Below, piece by piece: positions 56,731 to 64,000 of a DNA stretch of 64,000 bases. How positions within the stretch are numbered: position 1 is the stretch's first letter; every line of letters starts with the position of its first letter. This DNA is from a virus (Duplodnaviria > Caudoviricetes): IMG/VR virus record IMGVR_UViG_2974624810_000001, positions 1 through 64,000 of that record. One strand, 5' to 3'. The notes beneath the pieces were generated by a model. The model saw nothing but the letters and a program-made list of their open reading frames with translations. It did not search any database and was not told the DNA's origin. The position numbers and the translations under genes were made by a program.

Positions 56731-57498
56731 ATGGGAACTCTAAAGGGACTAGCGGCAATTCGTGCCTACACTGAGAAGCAGGCAGCGGCTGCAAAGGAGC
56801 GCGAGGAGCGTCTGAACGCACCAAAGGTTGAGTATCTTAACCTTTCAGATGGCCAGAGCGTCCGGGTCCGTTTCCTTCAGGAAATGGATGCCGAATCAGA
56901 GAACTACGATAAGACTCGTGGAACCGGTACTCTTGCCGTTGAGCACGTTGTCTTCGTAAAGTCTCTGCGTCGTATGTACCGTGCGACTTGTACAATTGAG
57001 GACGAGGGTCGCTGCTACGGCTGCGAGCGTGCTCGTGCTGGTGACAAGGAATTCGCACAGAAGCGAAACTACTACATCAACGCTCTCGTTGATTTCATGG
57101 ATGGCAATGAGCCAAAGACCATGATTGTTTCACGAGGCATGGGTTCAACCTTCTTCGCCCAGCTTTTCGAAGAGGCAGAGGACAATGGAACCCTTACGGA
57201 CACGAACTACAAGATTACTCGACGTGGTTCAGGTACCGACACCAAGTGGCTGCTTAAGCCTCTTAAGGATGAGGTTCTGAACGACAGCGAGGCTGTGGTT
57301 CACGACATCGACGACGAGAAGAACGGCATCATCAGGAGCTTCCCTTACGAGGCTACCAATGAGAAGGCTTCTCAGGAGCAGTACTTCAACGGTGAGACCT
57401 ACAATGACACAAAGAGCGAAGGCTCTGAGTCAGGCTCAACCGAAGATGCAAAGCCAAAGTCCAGTGGCGCAGGCTACAACATGGACGAGTCCTGGTAA
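56731..57498 (+). CDS. single-stranded DNA-binding protein (gp32-like)
   Basis: VRVRFL, EH...C...CYGC, KITRRGSG and acidic tail. Confidence 0.75.
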   Translation: MGTLKGLAAIRAYTEKQAAAAKEREERLNAPKVEYLNLSDGQSVRVRFLQEMDAESENYDKTRGTGTLAVEHVVFVKSLRRMYRATCTIEDEGRCYGCERARAGDKEFAQKRNYYINALVDFMDGNEPKTMIVSRGMGSTFFAQLFEEAEDNGTLTDTNYKITRRGSGTDTKWLLKPLKDEVLNDSEAVVHDIDDEKNGIIRSFPYEATNEKASQEQYFNGETYNDTKSEGSESGSTEDAKPKSSGAGYNMDESW

Positions 57499-57591
57499 TT
57501 CAGGCAAACAGGTTGCCCCGCTTCGGCGGGGCTTCTTGCGTCTCAAGGTCACATCTGATAGAGTGGACCTACAACAACAAGGAAGGTATCA

Positions 57592-60500
57592 ATGACTATT
57601 CAGCCAGTTGAACTTCACCTTCACGACCATTACTCCTCCATGGATGGAACCAATACTGCTGCTGAGTATATGGTTCGTGCCAAGGAATTGGGAATGACGC
57701 ACCTTGCCCAGACGAATCACGGTACCCTTGGTGGCCACCGCGAGTTTCAGCAAGCTGCGATGGATGCAGGTATTGTTCCAATTCTCGGTGTAGAGGCTTA
57801 CATCTCACCGACTGACCGTTTCGACAAGCGCTCAAAGGCGTCTCGTTCAGACGGCACAAATGCTTATAACCACCTTATCATCCTGGCTCAGGATGAGACT
57901 GGTCTACAGACTCTCAACCGAATCAACCGTGTCGCATGGACTGAGGGCTTTTACTCAAAGCCTCGTATCGATATGGAAGTGCTGGAGAATGACAATGAGG
58001 GTCTGATTGTTCTTTCTGGATGTCTCAATGGACTTATCTGCAAGGCAATCGAGGCCGGTAATCTTGAAGAGGCTATGGCTATTGCTGACCGATTCAAGGG
58101 TATCCTTGGTGACCGATTCTTCATTGAAGTTCAGGGGCACAACCCTAAGAGCATGAACGAGGCCCTGTTCAAGATTGCTGACGAAAAGGGAATTCTTCCT
58201 GTTGTCACATCTGACTGCCACTATGCTCGCAAGGAAGACCTGTGGATTCAGGAAGCCATGCTCATCCTGTCTACCAATCCAAAGAAGAACAAGGACGCTG
58301 AGCTTTCCAAGTCACAGAAGATGGAGATGCTTGAGCGGTTCAACTATCTGTATCCTGACCGTAAGATGACCTTTGAGAAGATTGAGATTTATCTTCACTC
58401 TGCTGAGGAACATCGTGCGGCATTCAAGGCGCAGGGATTTGACCGTGAGGACATTATCACCAATACCCATGTCGTAGCAGACATGGTCAGTAATTATCCA
58501 TTCCACCGTGGCCTTGACCTTCTTCCTCGTCCAAAGGATGGAAATCCTGATGACATTCTGGAAGAGAAGGCCCGGCAGGGGTTGGAGGACCGTGGCTTTG
58601 CAAGTGCCCCTAAGTATGTAGAACGACTTGAAGAAGAACTCGAAATCATCAAGTCAAAGGACTTCTCTACCTACTTCCTCATTGTTGAGGACATGATTTC
58701 ATGGGCCAAGTCTCAGGGAATCATGGTTGGTCCTGGTCGTGGTTCTGGTGCTGGTTCACTCGTGAACTATGCCCTTGGAATCACTGAGGTTGACCCAATT
58801 GTGGATAACCTGCTGTTCTTCCGATTCATCAACCCTGAGCGAAATGACTTCCCTGACATTGACACCGACTTCGAGGATGCTCGTCGTGGTGAGGTCAAGG
58901 AATACCTTCGCAAGAAGTATGGTCACGTTGGCTCCATTGCAACGTATGGCTACTTCAAGGACAAGGCGGTAATCAAGGACGCAGCGCGTGTATTCTGCAT
59001 TCCTGTGGGTGAGGTAAACCGAGCCCTCAAGTTTGTGGAAAAGTGGGAGCAGTTCCTTACTTCTCCTACGACTGAGGAGTTTCGTAAGAAGTATCCAGAG
59101 GTCATCAAGCTGGCAGAGCGCCTTCGTGGTCGTATCCGTCAGTCTGGCATGCACGCGGCCGGTGTGGTAATTGCGAATCAGCCTCTGGCCAACTTCGCAC
59201 CCATTGAAACTGCAAAGGACCCTAACGACGCCAATGGCCCTAGGATTCCTCTTGTAGCTATGGATATGGAGCAGGCAGCAGACCTTGGACTGGTAAAGCT
59301 TGACGCCCTTGGTTTGAAGGCTCTCAGCATTATCAAGGACACTCTTCGAATGATTGACGAGCGTCATGGTCGAAAGATTGACCTGAACACTCTTCCTCTG
59401 ACTGACAGCCGTGTGTACGCAATGCTTTCTGAAGGATACACCAAGGGTGTATTCCAGTGTGAAGCGACTGCCTACACAAAGCTGATTATCAAGATGGGTG
59501 GCGTCAAGAATTTCGATGAGCTTGCCGCTTCTAACGCTCTTGTTCGTCCTGGTGCAATGAACACCATCGGTGCTGAATACATTGCACGTAAGAACGGAAA
59601 GTCTCCTGTGAAGTTTCACCACTTTGAGATGAAGCCATTCACCTCAGAAACCTATGGTGAGATTCTGTATCAGGAGCAGGTCATGCTTACCATGACAGAA
59701 TTGGCCGGAATGAAGATGGCCACTGCTGACAAGGTACGTAAGATTATCGGTAAGAAGAAGGATGCACGAGAGTTCGACCAGTACAGGGCTGAATTCCTTG
59801 AAGGTGCGAGTAAGAAGGTTCATCCTGCCGTTGCTGAAAAGCTGTGGCATGACTTCGAGGCTCACGCCGGATACTCCTTCAACAAGTCTCACGCTATTGC
59901 GTATAGCCGTCTGAGCTACTACACTGCATGGCTGAAGAAGCATTATCCTCTGGAGTTCATGTGCGCTACGCTCAGGAACGAAGGAGACAAGGATGCTCTT
60001 ACCGAGTATCTGATTGAAGCGAAGCGTATGGGAATCAGGATGCTGCTTCCTCACGTCAATGTCTCTGATGTCAACTTCGAAATCGAAGGCGATGCCATTC
60101 GATTCGGTCTGGCGAACATCAAGTTCATTCGTGAGCCTGGAGCGTTGCAGCTCATTGAGTACCGTCCATTTACCTCATATTCCGACCTTGAAGCTAAGGT
60201 CAAGGAAAAGGGCAATGGACTGTCTGCAAGGACACTCGGTGGACTTAACGCAATTGGCGCGGCAGCGTTTGAGGACCACCCTCGCACAGGAGAAGAACGA
60301 GAGAACTATTATGAGTACCTTCGCATCCCTGCCTTTGAGCTGAAGTTCATTCCGCCAAAGGTAAGGGCTCAGATGACTGACCTTGAAGATTACAAGGACA
60401 ATGGAGCTTTCTGTGTCCTTGCAATGGTCAAGGGAATCAAGCGAGGGGACGGATGGGCACGACTGGACTTGATTGATGAGACTGGCACCGCTGGTGTCTT

Positions 60501-60879
60501 TACGAATCCTGAAACTCCTATCGAGCCAGGCCAGATGTATGCTATCCTGGTATCTGACAACCGTGTGGCGCGATTCGCGACCATGGACGAACTGATTAAC
60601 AGGATTCCTAATGGCTTCGTGGACTATCTCTACGCAAGCGAGTACGGCGACATTCCTGACGGAATGTACAAGGTTCTTGCTTTCCAGAGGTACATTACGA
60701 AGGCAAAGAAGACCATGGCATACACGACCATTTGTGATTCTGAGAAGAATCTCTATCCGGTCATGGCCTTTCCTACCATGTTCCATAAGGCGTATGGTAA
60801 GTGCAAGGATGGTGCGGTAATTGATGCCATCCTCAAGCAGACTCAGGAAGGTAGCTGGTTCTACGACAATATCCTGTGA
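57592..60879 (+). CDS. dnaE: DNA polymerase III alpha subunit
   Basis: PHP HLHDHYS, GPGRGSGAGS, PDIDTDF, HAAGVV and YSFNKSH. Confidence 0.96.
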   Translation: MTIQPVELHLHDHYSSMDGTNTAAEYMVRAKELGMTHLAQTNHGTLGGHREFQQAAMDAGIVPILGVEAYISPTDRFDKRSKASRSDGTNAYNHLIILAQDETGLQTLNRINRVAWTEGFYSKPRIDMEVLENDNEGLIVLSGCLNGLICKAIEAGNLEEAMAIADRFKGILGDRFFIEVQGHNPKSMNEALFKIADEKGILPVVTSDCHYARKEDLWIQEAMLILSTNPKKNKDAELSKSQKMEMLERFNYLYPDRKMTFEKIEIYLHSAEEHRAAFKAQGFDREDIITNTHVVADMVSNYPFHRGLDLLPRPKDGNPDDILEEKARQGLEDRGFASAPKYVERLEEELEIIKSKDFSTYFLIVEDMISWAKSQGIMVGPGRGSGAGSLVNYALGITEVDPIVDNLLFFRFINPERNDFPDIDTDFEDARRGEVKEYLRKKYGHVGSIATYGYFKDKAVIKDAARVFCIPVGEVNRALKFVEKWEQFLTSPTTEEFRKKYPEVIKLAERLRGRIRQSGMHAAGVVIANQPLANFAPIETAKDPNDANGPRIPLVAMDMEQAADLGLVKLDALGLKALSIIKDTLRMIDERHGRKIDLNTLPLTDSRVYAMLSEGYTKGVFQCEATAYTKLIIKMGGVKNFDELAASNALVRPGAMNTIGAEYIARKNGKSPVKFHHFEMKPFTSETYGEILYQEQVMLTMTELAGMKMATADKVRKIIGKKKDAREFDQYRAEFLEGASKKVHPAVAEKLWHDFEAHAGYSFNKSHAIAYSRLSYYTAWLKKHYPLEFMCATLRNEGDKDALTEYLIEAKRMGIRMLLPHVNVSDVNFEIEGDAIRFGLANIKFIREPGALQLIEYRPFTSYSDLEAKVKEKGNGLSARTLGGLNAIGAAAFEDHPRTGEERENYYEYLRIPAFELKFIPPKVRAQMTDLEDYKDNGAFCVLAMVKGIKRGDGWARLDLIDETGTAGVFTNPETPIEPGQMYAILVSDNRVARFATMDELINRIPNGFVDYLYASEYGDIPDGMYKVLAFQRYITKAKKTMAYTTICDSEKNLYPVMAFPTMFHKAYGKCKDGAVIDAILKQTQEGSWFYDNIL

Positions 60880-60887
60880 GGAGGATA

Positions 60888-61067
60888 ATGGAAGAGGCAA
60901 TCAGGCCAGAAGACATTCTGCGCCTGTTGCTTATCGCTAACGGCCCTGTCACTATCTCTGCTGAGGAGATGGACAGGGCCCTACGTGATGCAACACAATA
61001 TCAAGTGGCTGTAAGCTACGAACCATTCAAAGAAGAATTCACAATACACCTGGAGAACAATGATTAA
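60888..61067 (+). CDS. hypothetical protein
   Basis: ORF with GAGGAGG RBS. Confidence 0.6.
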   Translation: MEEAIRPEDILRLLLIANGPVTISAEEMDRALRDATQYQVAVSYEPFKEEFTIHLENND

Positions 61068-61434
61068 CGGACTTGAAAATCTTGGCAACGACCTGAGCAT
61101 TAACGACTATCAGCTCACTGCTAATGAGACTGCGATTTATCCTGACAACGGTGAGGCAAGCACGGCGGCAATCAATTACTGCGTTCTCGGCTTGGTCGGT
61201 GAGGCTGGTGAAATTGCTAATAGTTTCAAGAAAGCCATTCGTGACGAAGATGGAATTGTGACGGCAGAAAAGGTAAGGGAACTGGTCGCAGAGCTTGGAG
61301 ATGTTCTTTGGTATGCTGCCAATCTTGCCAGTGAGCTTGGCTACCCGCTTGAGCTAATCGCAAAGCAGAATCTACAGAAGCTCAAGTCTCGTCAGGCGCG
61401 AGGTGTAATTGCAGGCAGTGGCGACAACCGCTGA
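61060..61434 (+). CDS. MazG-like nucleotide pyrophosphohydrolase
   Basis: GLVGEAGEIA...ELGDVLWY...GSGDNR. Confidence 0.9.
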   Translation: MINGLENLGNDLSINDYQLTANETAIYPDNGEASTAAINYCVLGLVGEAGEIANSFKKAIRDEDGIVTAEKVRELVAELGDVLWYAANLASELGYPLELIAKQNLQKLKSRQARGVIAGSGDNR

Positions 61435-61453
61435 CGCCTGATATACTGAGCCT

Positions 61454-61687
61454 ATGGCAACAGAAGCATATTTCCTCCGTGGAGTCGAAGACGAACACCT
61501 ATTGGTATTCAGAGGCGATGATGCGGAGGAAATTTTGTTTATCATTGCGCGGTTGGCCGCCTGCCGCGATAAAAAAATAAAGGCAATGGCAAGAAAACTT
61601 GAAGAGGAATGGAACCAAAGAGAATATGGAAGAAATCGAAGAGGAGATTCTAGCGAAGCTAAGCCCAAAGGTTCTGGCAAGAGCTAA
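61454..61687 (+). CDS. hypothetical protein (leaderless)
   Basis: TATACT-6nt-ATG. Confidence 0.6.
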   Translation: MATEAYFLRGVEDEHLLVFRGDDAEEILFIIARLAACRDKKIKAMARKLEEEWNQREYGRNRRGDSSEAKPKGSGKS

Positions 61688-62633
61688 GATGGCCTCCGAA
61701 GTGCAGCTATACAGACAGCCTACTCCTAGTACTGGTCTGAATTCTGCATTGAGGGGCGGTATTGGTTATGGTCGTCAGACCCTCATTTGGGGAAGCAAGT
61801 CAGCGGGAAAGTCAACATTCTGTCTGGGAACACTAGGAATTGCACAGGCGGCCGGTAAGAGAGCGGCCTTCATTGATTCTGAGCAGTCCTTTGACCCAAT
61901 GTGGGCAGAAAGACTAGGTGTAGATACTAGAAAGCTTATCTACACTGACGTAAAGACAATCGAAGACATGGTGAGTGCAGGAGTGGAGTTTATGAAGGCT
62001 GGCGTAGATATCGTCACCGTCGACTCAATCTCAGCACTTCTTTCATCAGCCTACTTTGAGAAGGATAAGAAGGGTGATGAACTAAAGGAACTGTCTGGTA
62101 CAAAGCAGATTGGTTCTGAGGCACGTGAGCTGGCAAATGGCGTAAAGATGCTTAACTACGCCAACAAGCAGACTGCTCTGATTCTTATCTCTCAGGTACG
62201 TAACAAGATTACGACCTATGGAGCCATGCATCAGGCAACAGGTGGACATGCTGTAGACTTCTTCAGCAGCACAGTAGTGAAGCTGTGGAGTTCTGCACGA
62301 GAAGCCGACCAGATTACTGGTGAAATCTACAACGGTGACCTTGTACTAAAGGAGCCTATTGGCCGTGAAGTGACTTGGTCAATCGACAAGAATAAGCTAG
62401 GTCCGCCTAACAAGACTGGGCGATACAATCTGTTCTACGATGGAGATTTCATCGGCATTGACAATATTGGTGAGGCAGCCGTTCTAGGTGTAGCACTAGG
62501 TATTGTTGAAAAGAAGGGAGCCTGGCATTACTACGGTGACCTCAAGGTTCAGGGTTCAGACAACTTCGCCATTGAGCTGAGGGCTAATCCTGAATTGGCA
62601 GAAAAGCTGGTGAAGGAGGTTGAGGCAGCATGA
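61626..62633 (+). CDS. recA: RecA-like recombinase
   Basis: GSKSAGKS, FIDSEQ, VDSI, ISQVR and GAW. Confidence 0.92.
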   Translation: MEEIEEEILAKLSPKVLARAKMASEVQLYRQPTPSTGLNSALRGGIGYGRQTLIWGSKSAGKSTFCLGTLGIAQAAGKRAAFIDSEQSFDPMWAERLGVDTRKLIYTDVKTIEDMVSAGVEFMKAGVDIVTVDSISALLSSAYFEKDKKGDELKELSGTKQIGSEARELANGVKMLNYANKQTALILISQVRNKITTYGAMHQATGGHAVDFFSSTVVKLWSSAREADQITGEIYNGDLVLKEPIGREVTWSIDKNKLGPPNKTGRYNLFYDGDFIGIDNIGEAAVLGVALGIVEKKGAWHYYGDLKVQGSDNFAIELRANPELAEKLVKEVEAA

Positions 62634-62830
62634 AAAACCCATTCCTACAGCCACCAAAGAAGCCTGTGGATGAGGCTCCGAGAGGAGTCCTCATCGATGG
62701 CACCTTTGCATGCATGACATGTGACGAAATGTGTGATGAGGCAGAGTATTTCCCAGTAGACAAGATTCTTGTCTGGGTATGCACTCAGGAGCACAGGTCA
62801 GCTATTGAGAACTTTTCACTGGGGGTGTAA
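62630..62830 (+). CDS. hypothetical zinc-binding protein
   Basis: CMTC...C..EH. Confidence 0.65.
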   Translation: MKNPFLQPPKKPVDEAPRGVLIDGTFACMTCDEMCDEAEYFPVDKILVWVCTQEHRSAIENFSLGV

Positions 62831-63144
62831 TGACTGAACTTAACGAAATCAAGAGAGATGGAGCCAAGCCTCAGAAGAATTCCGGGCGTGGCCAATTCCA
62901 AAAGGGTGACGCCACCCTCGGCCCCTTCTGTTATGACATCAAGGAGTTTGCTAAGTCATTTAGCGTCTCCATCGCTGTCTGGGGCAAGATTTGCACAGAC
63001 GCCTTCAGGTCTGGTAACATGATTCCTGCGCTCAAGTTGGTTCTGGGCACAGGCGACAAGAAGACTCGTGTCTGGGTAATCGGAGACGAGATGTTCAAGG
63101 AAATGCTGGAAGCATGGGAGGAAAAGTATGGCGAAGCTAGTTAG
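62830..63144 (+). CDS. Holliday junction resolvase-like PD-(D/E)XK protein
   Basis: NSGRG..QKGD.......DIKE. Confidence 0.7.
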   Translation: MTELNEIKRDGAKPQKNSGRGQFQKGDATLGPFCYDIKEFAKSFSVSIAVWGKICTDAFRSGNMIPALKLVLGTGDKKTRVWVIGDEMFKEMLEAWEEKYGEAS

Positions 63145-63286
63145 GGTTGAGTTTATTCGCAGCCCCAAGGATGGTCAGTGGATGGCCTTTGAGAAGTTCG
63201 AAGATGGCAATGAGCAGGGTGGCCGCCGAACCCGAGAAGACATGGAGGCAATTTTCGCAGATATGTTCCGGAGCGAAGATGAGTGA
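63128..63286 (+). CDS. hypothetical protein (52 aa)
   Basis: Manual translation MAKLVRVEF...SEDE* with GGAGG RBS. Confidence 0.55.
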   Translation: MAKLVRVEFIRSPKDGQWMAFEKFEDGNEQGGRRTREDMEAIFADMFRSEDE

Positions 63287-63614
63287 CCTCACCCCTCTTG
63301 AGCACATTTCCAAGATTGGTGAATTCCAGGAACTGCATGATTTCATGAAGGACCCTGAGCTGGATGAGGCAATGGCCATTATGGTTCAGCTCATGGTAAA
63401 TCCCAATCTGAAGCCGGAAACAAATCAGCGACTCATTGTTCAGCTACAGGCTTACGCTGCCAAGTTCAGTATGCTTGCTGCTACCTATAGCACAATCAAG
63501 AAGGCTCCTGCTGGCAGCCCGAACAACTTCAAAAAGAATATCTACTACACAACAGCAGAGTCCATCGACAAGTTGGTACAGGCATTGAAGTACACTTTCA
63601 AACTGCCTTACTGA
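63279..63614 (+). CDS. hypothetical protein
   Basis: ATG at 63279 with GGAG RBS. Confidence 0.7.
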   Translation: MSDLTPLEHISKIGEFQELHDFMKDPELDEAMAIMVQLMVNPNLKPETNQRLIVQLQAYAAKFSMLAATYSTIKKAPAGSPNNFKKNIYYTTAESIDKLVQALKYTFKLPY

Positions 63615-63658
63615 TGTGATACAATAATAATCACTAAGAGAAACGGAATTCAACAACA

Positions 63659-64000
63659 ATGTCTGATGGACTACTAAAGATTGCTCGCCTGGGAAGCAGA
63701 GCAGACTTCGATATCAAGAAGCTGGTAACAGTTCTTGAGGAAGCCTATGTAAATTCCCGGCAGAAGGAAAGATATTCCAAGAAGGTTTCATTCAGTCCGT
63801 CCTCTCTTGGCTATGGTGCCGGTACCTGTCCTAGGTACTGGTATCTGGCTTTTGAGGGCGGAACATTTGTCGATACCTTCGATGGACTAAGTGTCGCCAA
63901 TATGGCAAACGGAACAGCAGCACATACACGCATTGAAAAGCTATTTGGCGATGCGGGAGTGCTAGAAGAGGCAGAAAAGGAAATCACCTATCAGAATCCC
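63659..64000 (+). CDS. Cas4-like/PD-(D/E)XK exonuclease (truncated by window end)
   Basis: FSPSSL...CPRYWY...GTAAHTRIE. Confidence 0.75.
   Translation, partial: MSDGLLKIARLGSRADFDIKKLVTVLEEAYVNSRQKERYSKKVSFSPSSLGYGAGTCPRYWYLAFEGGTFVDTFDGLSVANMANGTAAHTRIEKLFGDAGVLEEAEKEITYQNP

Noticed and set aside
18540-62633. Inteins or introns in NrdJ, DnaB, DnaE and RecA
   Set aside because: Lengths are normal and no intein splice motifs or ORF breaks were seen.
63659-64000. CRISPR adaptation module
   Set aside because: A solo Cas4-like nuclease within a replication/recombination cluster is common in phages.

Overview
The window is part of a large, apparently lytic actinobacterial siphovirus genome. It is most like the Streptomyces cluster BE/BK type (Stanwilliamsviridae-like); that assignment is inferred from gene content and order, not from a search. 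Bases 1 to about 10.7 kb are a GC-richer accessory/early region, possibly the long terminal repeat, of small leftward genes (DUF932, Lsr2-like, GP88-like, two ParB-N proteins). These genes sit in repeated cassettes, each with a UUCG hairpin, a 15-bp palindrome TGTCCG-N3-CGGACA and a sigma70/HrdB-type promoter. The 10.8-17 kb region holds leftward auxiliary genes (ThyX, Nudix, DUF2637 membrane protein, Dps, tRNA-Thr, HNH, transglycosylase) and a structured non-coding block at the strand switch. From 17.5 to 50 kb come a glycosyltransferase, class II RNR, endolysin and the head and tail modules. From 50 to 64 kb come holin, DnaB, primase, SSB, DnaE, MazG, RecA, resolvase and a Cas4-like nuclease. 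The most notable observations are: (1) palindromes in helical phase with 13 early promoters; (2) about 40 TGTC/GACA motifs packed into the 3' half of a membrane-anchored, putative DNA-binding DUF2637/Spd-like gene; (3) candidate structured RNAs at 787-856 and 16980-17380; (4) the same anti-SD hairpin plus internal promoter design on both lysis genes, 30 kb apart.
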